DNA from: a virus
Reading direction: 5' to 3' (one strand)
Virus record (IMG/VR): IMGVR_UViG_3300017917_002765
Coordinates: 72,576-136,575 of that record
Length of the DNA stretch: 64,000 bases
In this document: piece after piece, positions 1 through 8,543 of the stretch
How the letters are laid out: every line of letters starts with the position of its first letter
Numbering within the stretch: the stretch's first letter is position 1
Notes under the pieces: generated by a model
Databases searched by the model: none
The model's input: the letters and a program-made list of their open reading frames with translations, nothing else
What the model was told of the DNA's origin: nothing
Position numbers and translations under genes: made by a program

Positions 1-126
1 TGCTTTGATGTCTTGTAACCCTTTTCTAAGTCTTACACCAGCCGCTTTGTTATCTCTCTCAAAAAATTTTGTTGCATCTTCTTGTAGATTCTCAACAAGT
101 GTTTTTAATTCATTAAACTTTTCCAT
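1..126 (-). CDS. Histone H1-like (Hc1 family) small DNA-binding protein, truncated by the window edge
   Basis: Not in the ORF track. Manual translation from ATG at 126 gives MEKFNELKTLVENLQEDATKFFERDNKAAGVRLRKGLQDIKA. The 'F.xxNKAAG.R.RK' motif is typical of Bacteroidota/Chlamydia Hc1-type proteins. Confidence 0.8.
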   Translation of the reverse strand, partial: MEKFNELKTLVENLQEDATKFFERDNKAAGVRLRKGLQDIKA

Positions 127-346
127 TTTCTTGTTTGGTTTTTGTTTGTTCGTTATTTAACATAGTCATAAACTTACCTAAACTAAGTTCACATATTGCT
201 ATGTCTTTAAGTAATTTTTTAATCGTAAAAACTTTATTGTCGGTATCAATGTCTAAATTAACACTGCGTTCCAACTCTGTTTCTAAACGAAGTTTTTCAG
301 TTGTCATATCCGAAATGACTAATTCGATAAATCTTTGTGTATTCAT
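113..346 (-). CDS. Hypothetical small coiled-coil protein
   Basis: 77-aa ORF on the coding strand; its stop overlaps the start of the Hc1-like gene. Confidence 0.6.
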   Translation of the reverse strand: MNTQRFIELVISDMTTEKLRLETELERSVNLDIDTDNKVFTIKKLLKDIAICELSLGKFMTMLNNEQTKTKQENGKV

Positions 347-394
347 ATAGTAAAACTAATGATTTTTATGTAAAAATAAATAGTAAATCCAATA

Positions 395-862
395 TTATTT
401 TAAAGAAGCATCCATTAATTTATAAATTTCAATAAAAGTATCCATTTCAGAATTAGTTTTTATTTTAGTATAATCAAATATTTCACCCCATAATTTAAGA
501 CTAACTCTATCAATATAATCTATAGGTTTTTTTTCCAAAGAATAGAAAACTTCAAGCATATATTGTAAAAAATAATCGTATAACTTGACGCTATCTATCA
601 CTATCCCTTCAGATGTAAAATTTGATACATTCTTGTTCCAACACCACTTGAAGTGATTAACCTGACTGTTTGTAGTATTGGTTACATCGTCACCCAAATA
701 AGTTTCATAAATAAGCCTTAACAAGGATTGCACATAATCACCATAAAGTTCACATCTATCAAACTTTACGTTATTAGCGTCATACATAACCATGATGCTT
801 TCCTTGCTCATAGGATTATTTATATAGCTGAAAAAATCCCTATTTTTTCCATCACTACTCAT
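395..862 (-). CDS. Hypothetical phage protein (~155 aa)
   Basis: Likely start is ATG at 862 (MSSDGK...), just downstream of a TACTTAT late-promoter variant at 874-880. Confidence 0.65.
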   Translation of the reverse strand: MSSDGKNRDFFSYINNPMSKESIMVMYDANNVKFDRCELYGDYVQSLLRLIYETYLGDDVTNTTNSQVNHFKWCWNKNVSNFTSEGIVIDSVKLYDYFLQYMLEVFYSLEKKPIDYIDRVSLKLWGEIFDYTKIKTNSEMDTFIEIYKLMDASLK

Positions 863-901
863 ATTATTTAAATATAAGTAGTTGATTTTCAAAATAAACA
901 C

Positions 902-1516
902 TTATGCTTTTAACCAAGCGTAAAATTGATTGGTTTTAGCTGTTCTATCATCCAAACCATGTGTTCCACCATTTATTTTTTTGGTAATGGATAAAATTGT
1001 TTCCGCATTTACACCTTTATCAGCAATTTCCCATAATTTATTTTTTGTAAAGAAAAACATAGCTGATTCAAAAGATAATTCAGTTGCAACCAATTCTGGA
1101 TTTGTCATGATTTCTGGTTTGTTTAAGTGTTCTGATAATTGTCTATAGTTGTCTTTACCAGTTGTTTGTAAGGCACCTCTACCTCTGAATAAAAACCCTT
1201 CTTTTGATGCTTCGTTACCATTTCCCATTCTATTGGCATAAACTCTAGATGCTATTTTTTCTGGATTTTTAGCATATAATTCAGCTAAATTACCTGGAAA
1301 ATACTTAGTAAAAACTTTATTTAAACCATCCACCGAATAATTTAAATTTTCAGTGAATGTTGAGTAATTTCCAGTTTCATGTGCTGTTTGTCCAAAAAAG
1401 TGTGCAGCTCTTTCTGGTGTTAGGTTAAAAAAAGCAGCTGCTTTTTTCAAAGTAGTTGGTCCAAATACACCATCAGGTGTGACACCAATTTTTTCTTGTA
1501 GTTTTTTTAAACTCAT
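902..1516 (-). CDS. GH19 (chitinase-like) endolysin with short N-terminal peptidoglycan-binding segment
   Basis: LQEKIGVTPDGVFGPTT (PG_binding-like); AHFFGQTAHETG (catalytic Glu); ENLNYS; FRGRGALQTTGKDNY; ITKKINGGTHGLDDR. Confidence 0.93.
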   Translation of the reverse strand: MSLKKLQEKIGVTPDGVFGPTTLKKAAAFFNLTPERAAHFFGQTAHETGNYSTFTENLNYSVDGLNKVFTKYFPGNLAELYAKNPEKIASRVYANRMGNGNEASKEGFLFRGRGALQTTGKDNYRQLSEHLNKPEIMTNPELVATELSFESAMFFFTKNKLWEIADKGVNAETILSITKKINGGTHGLDDRTAKTNQFYAWLKA

Positions 1517-1539
1517 GGCTTTTGTTTTAGGTTTATTTA

Positions 1540-2217
1540 TTATTCTTTTTTATCGGATGCATATTTAACACCCATTATTGTACCGACAATACTAAATGCA
1601 TTAGTTAAAAGAATACCAAACATGTTGCTCCATGTTGAACCAATTATTTGTGTTTCTTTATTCATAAAGATAGCAACTAAATATAAAATTGTTGTTGTTA
1701 TTCCAACTCCAACGATTACATATAAGGCACTTTTAACTATTGTATTGATGAGTTCAAATTGAGTTTTCTTTTGAAGGACATCTAAATCGTTTTCAACATT
1801 CTTTTTAGCGTTTTCAGCTTCCTGTCTTGCCAATTCAGATTTTTTCATTTCTTCAACAAGTTCTCTACCAATTCTTTCATTATCTTCTTTCCAAGCAATC
1901 AATTCTCTATTTTGCAATTCAATCTGATTTTTTGAATCTTCAACACTTTTTAGTGTTTCTTGGATTTCAACCATCATTTTCTCGTTTTCATTATTAAGGT
2001 CAGATAACTCTTTATTTTTTGTTTGGATTTGTTTTGTCATTTCCAGACGTTTCTTACGAACTTCTTTATCTCTAGTAAAACAATCATCAAGATACTTCTT
2101 GAATTCTTCGTCACCAGATGAATCAATTAGTCTAATAATATTACCTTCTAACCCTATATTTTTTTTATTATATAGTTCTATAAGGTCTTTTCTAGTTGTT
2201 TCATCTAACTGTATCAT
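1540..2217 (-). CDS. Coiled-coil protein with two C-terminal transmembrane helices (holin/lysis-regulator candidate)
   Basis: Long heptad region at about aa 50-155, then TM1 (ALYVIVGVGITTTILYLVAIFM), TM2 (MFGILLTNAFSIVGTIMGV) and a short charged tail. Lies directly upstream of the endolysin; its start overlaps the receiver gene stop (TAATG). Confidence 0.6.
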   Translation of the reverse strand: MIQLDETTRKDLIELYNKKNIGLEGNIIRLIDSSGDEEFKKYLDDCFTRDKEVRKKRLEMTKQIQTKNKELSDLNNENEKMMVEIQETLKSVEDSKNQIELQNRELIAWKEDNERIGRELVEEMKKSELARQEAENAKKNVENDLDVLQKKTQFELINTIVKSALYVIVGVGITTTILYLVAIFMNKETQIIGSTWSNMFGILLTNAFSIVGTIMGVKYASDKKE

Positions 2218-2648
2218 TATTTGTAAATTTTAAAAGGTGCCGTTCTATTCTTATAGCCTTTGTAATCTTTTTTAAATTCCTCTAGTCTTGGTTCTATTTC
2301 GTCTGACTTAATAATCCAGAATTGAGCACCAGCTTGAATTGCTTTAGCTTGTTCTTCTGATTCGTTTGATGAAGAAATAATACCAATTACCACATGGTTA
2401 CCGTATTCAAAATTGATTCGTCTAATTAATTCTATACCATCAAATGATGAACCAATTATGTTTAAATCAACAAATACACATTCTGGTTTGTCTTGCGGGT
2501 CCTTATACCATTTCTTAAACAATTCAGCAGCTTCATCTGAACTCTTTAACGTTTTAAGTGATAGTGTAATGTCTAATAGACTGCAACAGTCTTCAAAAAC
2601 TAAGTGGAATAAATCCTCATCATCCACCAACAACAATGAATCAATCAT
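2217..2648 (-). CDS. Single-domain CheY-like response regulator (receiver only)
   Basis: LLLVDDED acidic pocket; VFVDLN phosphoacceptor Asp; DGIELI; IGIISSS; AGAQFWIIK conserved Lys. No output domain. Confidence 0.92.
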   Translation of the reverse strand: MIDSLLLVDDEDLFHLVFEDCCSLLDITLSLKTLKSSDEAAELFKKWYKDPQDKPECVFVDLNIIGSSFDGIELIRRINFEYGNHVVIGIISSSNESEEQAKAIQAGAQFWIIKSDEIEPRLEEFKKDYKGYKNRTAPFKIYK

Positions 2649-2649
2649 T

Positions 2650-3777
2650 TTAATTTGTTTTATTTAAGTTTATTGTTATTTTTGTACCAATTTCCAATTT
2701 TTCGGAAGTTATTTTAAATCCGTGTTCCTTAAGTATTGCAACACATATATTTAACCCTAAACCGCTGCCACTTTCTTTTTGACCTTCTTTTCTTGTATAA
2801 GGTTTTGATAGTTTTAAAAACTCTTCTTGTGTTAAACCTCTACCATTATCTTGTATTATTATTTCATTAGGATTTTCAAAATAAACTTTAACTATTTTAG
2901 TACTACTGTCATTATATTTCAAACCATTTCTAATCAAATTATCTATTGCAGTACAAAATAATGGTTCATTAACTTCTATTGTGGGTAAACTATCATCTAA
3001 GATTACTTGAGAAACATATGCTGTCGAGGACAAATAGTCTTTGAGAATGTCTTTGATATTACACATAGTTTTTGTTAGACAAGCATCTTTTTTAACTAGA
3101 TTTGTAAATTCATAAACACCTTTATAAACCTTTTGAGTGTGTCTAAGCCCTTCTTTAATCATTTTCATAGGGGCCTCTATTTTAAGATTTTCAATATCTT
3201 CTGGTTTTAATCTACGTTCAAGTGAACTTAATCCTCTTGGTATGTAAGTGTTGATACCAGAGTGCATATCGTGACGTATGATTTTAGCAGCGTGTTCTAA
3301 ATAGGTGTTTTTTCTCTCTATTTCATCTTTTGCAGCCATTATTTCGGTAACGTCTTGTCTAATAGAAACAAAACCTTTAAGACTTCCAATTTCATCAAAT
3401 TCTGCTTTAATAAAAGTGTCTACATAATATAATTCACCATTTTTTGTTTTATTGATACAGACACCATTCCATATTTTTTTATCTTTAAGAACCGTTTTGT
3501 ACATTTCAAACCACATGTCCTTTGGATGAATACCAGAATTGAGAATATTATGGTCTTTACCTATAACTTCATGCAATTTCCACCCAGATACAATTTCAAA
3601 CTTTTTGTTAACATATGTTATCTTACCATGTTTATCAGCTTTGGTTATAATAGCAGCTTCATCAATAAAAGCTTCTAGTTCACGCAATTCTTTAACAACC
3701 TTATCATTCTTAATAAATGATGTTAAAGCATAGAGATTGCATTTAAATTTATTAAAAAAATTTTTAAAAACTTCCAT
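2650..3777 (-). CDS. Soluble PAS-domain sensor histidine kinase
   Basis: PAS (ITKADKHGKITYVNKKF...WNGVCINKTKNGELYYV...SIRQDVT); H-box IIRHDMHS; N-box DNLIRNGLKYN; G1 IQDNGRG; G2 GSGLGL. No TM helix. Confidence 0.93.
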   Translation of the reverse strand: MEVFKNFFNKFKCNLYALTSFIKNDKVVKELRELEAFIDEAAIITKADKHGKITYVNKKFEIVSGWKLHEVIGKDHNILNSGIHPKDMWFEMYKTVLKDKKIWNGVCINKTKNGELYYVDTFIKAEFDEIGSLKGFVSIRQDVTEIMAAKDEIERKNTYLEHAAKIIRHDMHSGINTYIPRGLSSLERRLKPEDIENLKIEAPMKMIKEGLRHTQKVYKGVYEFTNLVKKDACLTKTMCNIKDILKDYLSSTAYVSQVILDDSLPTIEVNEPLFCTAIDNLIRNGLKYNDSSTKIVKVYFENPNEIIIQDNGRGLTQEEFLKLSKPYTRKEGQKESGSGLGLNICVAILKEHGFKITSEKLEIGTKITINLNKTN

Positions 3778-3825
3778 TTATACTAACAAACTATTTACTT
3801 TTTTATTTTATAACCTTTGTCACTT

Positions 3826-3833
3826 ATAAATAT
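3826..3833 (-). promoter_or_regulatory. Putative late-promoter motif ATATTTAT upstream of the kinase-receiver-endolysin operon
   Basis: Recurrent intergenic motif on the coding strand, about 50 nt upstream of ATG 3777 and just downstream of a terminator. Confidence 0.6.
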
Positions 3834-3844
3834 CTTTATAAAAT

Positions 3845-3873
3845 AAAAAACCCCCTAAATTAGGGGGTTTTTT
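3845..3873 (-). terminator. Intrinsic terminator
   Basis: aaaaaaCCCCCTA-aat-TAGGGGGtttttt hairpin with A/T tracts on both sides. Confidence 0.85.
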
Positions 3874-3892
3874 GTATTGTTAATATAAATGA

Positions 3893-5821
3893 TTACAAAT
3901 CACCATATTTTTTCATCTCATCATAGATTTTTTCTGCTCTGTCAATGGCTTTCATTGATTTGTCTTTTGCAATTGATGTATAAATTTCATCATCTGGAAC
4001 GTCAATCATTTCACCTTTAACCATAATTTTGAATTCATCTCTAGCATTTGAGAATAATTTGAAACCTTCATCATCCATTGATGTTGAAGATGGCACCACA
4101 AGGTCTTCTTCATCATCAGCTTTTATGTCAGTTGGTAAATCGGTTTTAAAATCACCAACTTCTGGTTCTTTTTCGTCAGAATCGTTATCATCAGATTTTG
4201 CCCAGTTGCTATCATCAGCTGGTTCTTCTCCTTCTTCGTCATCGATTTCTGGTTCAGATGGTAAGTCAGAAAATTCTTCCTCTTCTTCCTCAGTTACTTT
4301 TTTTTTTGAAAGTTCTTCCATGTATTCTTTCATCATAGATTCTTCATCCATTGGTTCTTCATTCATAAGGTCAAAAGTTTCATCCATCATTTTACCTTCT
4401 TCTTGTTCTTCTTTAGCCTCACTTTTCATCCAACCTTCTTTTGTTTCTGTTTCATCCTTTCTTTTTTTAGAATAACAACCAACAACACAAGGTTTTTTAC
4501 CTTCTTTTTCTTTATCTTCAGAATTTTTTTTCACTATACTTGATGAACCGTCTTTATTATTTTTATACTCATAATCTTTTTCTTTTTCTTTGGTTTCTTT
4601 AAGGTGAACGTGTTTTTTAGCTTCTGGTGCTTGTGAAACATCAGCATCTTCCCAGTGACCTTCTTTTGGTTTAGCATCTGATTCAATGTTTTTGCCAGAT
4701 GAACTCTTCATAGGCTTCTTAGCTTCTGGAGCGTGAGAAACAGCCTTATCAGGGTTTCCATCTTTACTCTTAGCAATAGGGGAATCTTTCTTAACAGAAC
4801 CTGACACATGCTTGGTTGATTCAGCAGCTTTTTTGGTTTCTTCATCCCAATTACCCTCTTTAGCATCAGCACCTTCCATATCTTCTGATTCAGTCATCAA
4901 AGATTTGGTTTTATTCCAAATATCACCAAAAATTTTATTTTCATCAAGTCTTTCTTTACCTTTTAAAACACCAAGAGTTTCATGTGATTTATAACCAAAT
5001 AAGGCTTTCATTCTGTTAATATCTTCATTAACTAAATTTTGGTCAGCAGCAGTTAACACAACAGCTTTACCTTCGTTTAATGAACCTTCCCAACGGATTT
5101 TGTATGATTCGTTTCCATCAGTCATTTCAAATATTTTGTTATTTACTCTATACGCTTCTGGGATAAGTTTTAAAGCGTTTCCAACACCATTAAATGGGTT
5201 TTTGAATTTTAATCTTTTCATGGTTTCTTTTATTTGTGGTTTATTGTTATCGTCTTTTTTTACATCACTTTCATTTACAGCTGAAAATCTTGTATTTTGT
5301 AAATTAGGTCTCGATTCGTTTTCTACGTCATCACCAAAACTGTAAAGTCCTTTTTCAGCATCAGCTCTTTTCTTGAATGAAGCTTTAATATTCTTCACCA
5401 AGTTCTTACCAAATTCTGGTCCTTGAAATCCTTTTTGTTTTTCAACAACATTAGCCCATTCAGGGTTATTACCCATATTTGAACTACCTTCAATAGCTTC
5501 TATAGCTCTTTCTTTAAATCTTTTATTTGGTTCTGAAGCATATTGAATCATCTCTTGACCGTTCATGATTTCCATTTGGTCATGATATGTCTTTTCAGAC
5601 TCATAATCGTAGTTAAATTTATTAGGCGCCATTTGGTTGGCGTTAGGGTCTTCCTTAACAGCCTTTTCAAATTCAGCAACCTTTTTTTCTATGTCTTTAA
5701 CACCATCTTTGTTTTCTTTAGCCGATTTTTTCTTAGCAGCATTTGTTACAGAAATACCTGGAGTAACTTCTTCTGATAAGAATTTTTTTGCTAGGTGTTT
5801 TTTAATTATGTTTTTGTTCAT
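3893..5821 (-). CDS. Acidic, low-complexity 642-aa protein; putative inner-head/prohead core protein
   Basis: Many (L/I/M/V)-x-E sites, an NEDINRMKALFGY motif, three internal ~19-aa repeats and an acidic C-terminus; preceded by ATATTTAT. Confidence 0.55.
   Translation of the reverse strand: MNKNIIKKHLAKKFLSEEVTPGISVTNAAKKKSAKENKDGVKDIEKKVAEFEKAVKEDPNANQMAPNKFNYDYESEKTYHDQMEIMNGQEMIQYASEPNKRFKERAIEAIEGSSNMGNNPEWANVVEKQKGFQGPEFGKNLVKNIKASFKKRADAEKGLYSFGDDVENESRPNLQNTRFSAVNESDVKKDDNNKPQIKETMKRLKFKNPFNGVGNALKLIPEAYRVNNKIFEMTDGNESYKIRWEGSLNEGKAVVLTAADQNLVNEDINRMKALFGYKSHETLGVLKGKERLDENKIFGDIWNKTKSLMTESEDMEGADAKEGNWDEETKKAAESTKHVSGSVKKDSPIAKSKDGNPDKAVSHAPEAKKPMKSSSGKNIESDAKPKEGHWEDADVSQAPEAKKHVHLKETKEKEKDYEYKNNKDGSSSIVKKNSEDKEKEGKKPCVVGCYSKKRKDETETKEGWMKSEAKEEQEEGKMMDETFDLMNEEPMDEESMMKEYMEELSKKKVTEEEEEEFSDLPSEPEIDDEEGEEPADDSNWAKSDDNDSDEKEPEVGDFKTDLPTDIKADDEEDLVVPSSTSMDDEGFKLFSNARDEFKIMVKGEMIDVPDDEIYTSIAKDKSMKAIDRAEKIYDEMKKYGDL
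4607..4862 (-). repeat. Three degenerate peptide repeats inside the 642-aa protein
   Basis: KEGNWDEETKKAAESTKHV / KDGNPDKAVSHAPEAKKPM / KEGHWEDADVSQAPEAKKHV. Confidence 0.7.
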
Positions 5822-5837
5822 CTTTTATGATTTAATA

Positions 5838-5845
5838 ATAAATAT
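5838..5845 (-). promoter_or_regulatory. Putative late-promoter motif ATATTTAT
   Basis: 16 nt upstream of ATG 5821. Confidence 0.55.
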
Positions 5846-5862
5846 CTTCGTTTTTAGTAAAG

Positions 5863-7794
5863 TTAATTCGCTTTAGGTGTGTTGTTTGAACTTTCACTCA
5901 ATGAAGGAGCATTAACATTACTACCAGTTGTCTTTAATTTAACAACATTGTCAACGGCTCCTTGGCTACAACCACCTTTTTGTGCTTTTTTGCTGTTATT
6001 ATAACCCACACAGTTTTTGTCAAAACTAACCATAGCACCACCAGCATATTGGGTTTTCTTAAAAGCTTTTGGTTTCTTATTTGAAAATTCAGTTGGTGAT
6101 TTCATTGCAAACGCTGAAGCTGTATATTGTCCAGATGAAGCAGCAGTTGTTGTTTCACCTACTACTGGTACATCCAAATCGTTTGTATCTACTGGCATTT
6201 CTCTCTTGGTCATACCCATTGGTGCTGTAAATGCTCCAGATGACGCAGCAGTTGTTGTTTCTTCAATACCATAACGAGCTTTTAACTTTTCATAGTAAAA
6301 TTCAAAAGGCATTTCATATAAGTCAGCCAATACTTTTGCCATTTTAATTACATCGTCTTTGGTCTTTGGTGGTTTATTTTCTTTTGGAGTGGTTGCTTTT
6401 ATAATGCTCCTTGAAAACTTATCAAAAACAGAATCTTCAGTTTCGTTTATTGAACCTAACGCTTCTACAAAAGATTTATCTTTATCATACATCTTTAAAA
6501 GCTCATCTTTTAAAGGCAAATCAATTTTAACCAAATCAACACCATCTTCCCAATCATCAACACCTTCTCCTGTTGTAAGAATATTTAAGTTGTCGTTCAC
6601 ATAATTTCCCAAAATATCGGAATCAATGTCAAAATCACCATAATCAAATTCTGGTTGACCATCTTCATCTTTGTCAATATAGTCTCTAGAAACTTCGGCA
6701 TATGGGCTAAAATCATCTTTATCTATCATACCATAGTAAAAATAATATAATGACCCATCACGACCTTTAAGAATTGCTGATTCTCTATTGTACGCAATAA
6801 CATCAAATAATGATTTTTTAGGTATTCTAGCTTTATCCATATCATGCCATGGCGCATTACGGTCATATTCAGCACCAGCTGGTAAATAACCATCAGCTTC
6901 TGTTTTTAAAGTCTCGTTTTTATTACCAATAAGATTTCTCAATTCGTTTTCAACTGCCATAATGGTTTCTTCTGGTGTACCAAATTTCTTTGATAATTCA
7001 CACATACCGTTTTCTGTCACAACAAGACCTCTTGATTTTAAAGCATCTTGAATGTCATCATAGGTTAAACCATGTTTATCCCAAAATGGTGAAAATTGGT
7101 CTGTTTTACGATAAAAATATTTTATTAAGTCTTTTGTTTCTTTCTTTAATTCCTCATCGGTTTCCATAAGTGGTTTTCCGAATTTTCCTTGAATTGAAGA
7201 AGGTAATGAAGGGTTTTTCTTTTTAATATCAAAATTTTCTTCTTCTCCTAAATTTTTAATATCAGCACCAGCAAAATATTTTTTAAATTGCTTGTCTGTA
7301 GGGTCCATAGCTTCATTTATTAAACCAGAAGCAAAGATTCTATTATATTGTTCTTTGGTTATTTTTAATTTTGACACCCCTGTTGGTTTCATTGCTGAAG
7401 GCGCTGTGTCAACTACCAATCCATTAGCTAATATTTCCATTGAACGACCAACACCAGTTATTTTTGGTTCAACATCCATTCCTGTATTTATACTTTTAAG
7501 GTTTCTTTTGATAGCATCAAATTCATTAGAATCAGTTTTTTTACTGACTATTTTATTAGTCAATTCGTTATATGCAGCGTCAGAATTCTTATCTCTGTTT
7601 AAGATGGCTTTAATAACTGCATTTCTAATGTTTTCTTTTTGTAATGGTTCACCAGAAATAACAATTCTTCTTAAATCTGGACCAAGAGAAACCATTTTAC
7701 TAATGCTTGAGTCTGGTTCATTCCCTTCTCCCTCATTAATTTTTTTAATACCAAGTAATTTAGCTTGTTTTTCAGTTATTATGATTTTTTTCAT
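5863..7794 (-). CDS. 643-aa hypothetical protein; putative inner-head protein
   Basis: Starts MKKIIITEKQ (echoed internally as KLKITKEQY), has repeated I/L-x-E sites and two ETTTAASSG repeats. Confidence 0.55.
   Translation of the reverse strand: MKKIIITEKQAKLLGIKKINEGEGNEPDSSISKMVSLGPDLRRIVISGEPLQKENIRNAVIKAILNRDKNSDAAYNELTNKIVSKKTDSNEFDAIKRNLKSINTGMDVEPKITGVGRSMEILANGLVVDTAPSAMKPTGVSKLKITKEQYNRIFASGLINEAMDPTDKQFKKYFAGADIKNLGEEENFDIKKKNPSLPSSIQGKFGKPLMETDEELKKETKDLIKYFYRKTDQFSPFWDKHGLTYDDIQDALKSRGLVVTENGMCELSKKFGTPEETIMAVENELRNLIGNKNETLKTEADGYLPAGAEYDRNAPWHDMDKARIPKKSLFDVIAYNRESAILKGRDGSLYYFYYGMIDKDDFSPYAEVSRDYIDKDEDGQPEFDYGDFDIDSDILGNYVNDNLNILTTGEGVDDWEDGVDLVKIDLPLKDELLKMYDKDKSFVEALGSINETEDSVFDKFSRSIIKATTPKENKPPKTKDDVIKMAKVLADLYEMPFEFYYEKLKARYGIEETTTAASSGAFTAPMGMTKREMPVDTNDLDVPVVGETTTAASSGQYTASAFAMKSPTEFSNKKPKAFKKTQYAGGAMVSFDKNCVGYNNSKKAQKGGCSQGAVDNVVKLKTTGSNVNAPSLSESSNNTPKAN
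6113..6262 (-). repeat. Duplicated ETTTAASSG(A/Q)(F/Y)TA motif
   Basis: Peptide repeat, also visible in DNA as two copies of gcagcagttgttgtttc. Confidence 0.75.
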
Positions 7795-7795
7795 T

Positions 7796-8038
7796 TTAAT
7801 TATTTTTGTTTGATAGGTTATTTCTCCAAACAGCTCTTTTAACCCAGAGAGTTTTATATAATTGTGTTAGAACGTTTCGTGTTATATCAACTACTTTATC
7901 TTCTAATTCTTTTTCATTTTTAAGCCTATCCTTTACAATTTTTTCAATCTTTTTCTTAAAGTCATTGCTATCCATATAGACTTTAATTTCTTTGGATACA
8001 TCAGATTTATTAAGTTCCTCTTTAATGAATTTTTTCAT
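7796..8038 (-). CDS. Hypothetical 80-aa protein
   Basis: ORF on the coding strand (MKKFIKEE...) with ATATTTAT at 8058-8065 upstream. Confidence 0.7.
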   Translation of the reverse strand: MKKFIKEELNKSDVSKEIKVYMDSNDFKKKIEKIVKDRLKNEKELEDKVVDITRNVLTQLYKTLWVKRAVWRNNLSNKNN

Positions 8039-8057
8039 GATAGGTTAAATGTTTATT

Positions 8058-8065
8058 ATAAATAT
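8058..8065 (-). promoter_or_regulatory. Putative late-promoter motif ATATTTAT
   Basis: Lies between the terminator at 8078-8102 and ATG 8038. Confidence 0.55.
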
Positions 8066-8077
8066 ACAATTTTAAAC

Positions 8078-8102
8078 AAAAAAAGCCCCATTAGAGGCTT
8101 TT
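8078..8102 (-). terminator. Intrinsic terminator
   Basis: AAAAGCC...GGCTTTT inverted repeat followed by a T tract on the minus strand. Confidence 0.65.
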
Positions 8103-8123
8103 AATATAATATAGTTTATTATT

Positions 8124-8543
8124 TTAACGACTTAAATGCCAACCTAATAAAAACGATAATATTGCAGCAACTGGAACAGATATTGAAGCAGCAATTTTTG
8201 CTCGTCTATTAGCTTTGAATTTGTTTTCAAAATTATTTATCAGTATGCTATCATTTTTAAATCGAATATTAGCAATACTATCATTTTGAGAGTATTTTTC
8301 GGTTTGTTTTAATAAAGAACTAATTTGTTTTTCTTGACTGTTAATAGTAAATAATTGTTGAGCTTCTACTTTTTTAAGTCCCAAGTAGTCTTTATAAAGC
8401 ATTCTAGTGGCAACAATATAACGATAGTTAACAGTTACTGGTACGGTATCTTTATCGGTTAGTGACGTACTGTTCAAGGTCTCTTGTGAATAAAGAGACA
8501 TTTGAATCAAAAGGAAGAGTACGAATAAGATTAACTTCTTCAT
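8124..8543 (-). CDS. Exported protein with signal peptide and C-terminal TM helix (spanin-like candidate)
   Basis: MKKLILFVLFLLIQMSLYSQ signal peptide with no lipobox Cys, a coiled coil, and C-terminal IAASISVPVAAILSFLLGW. Overlaps the upstream gene by 92 nt in another frame. Confidence 0.5.
   Translation of the reverse strand: MKKLILFVLFLLIQMSLYSQETLNSTSLTDKDTVPVTVNYRYIVATRMLYKDYLGLKKVEAQQLFTINSQEKQISSLLKQTEKYSQNDSIANIRFKNDSILINNFENKFKANRRAKIAASISVPVAAILSFLLGWHLSR

Noticed and set aside
3340-3670. PAS domain as a LOV blue-light sensor
   Set aside because: The GRNCRFLQ motif and its Cys are absent; the sequence reads GKDHNILN.
902-3777. Two-component genes as host chromosomal DNA or a chimeric join
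   Set aside because: Same strand, composition, promoter motif and terminator style as the flanking phage genes, and coupled to a phage-type endolysin. Read mapping would still be the definitive check.
3825-3833. TATAAATA on the + strand as a canonical T4 late promoter driving +-strand transcription
   Set aside because: No credible +-strand genes follow these sites. The motif sits just upstream of minus-strand starts and inverts at the one +-strand operon.
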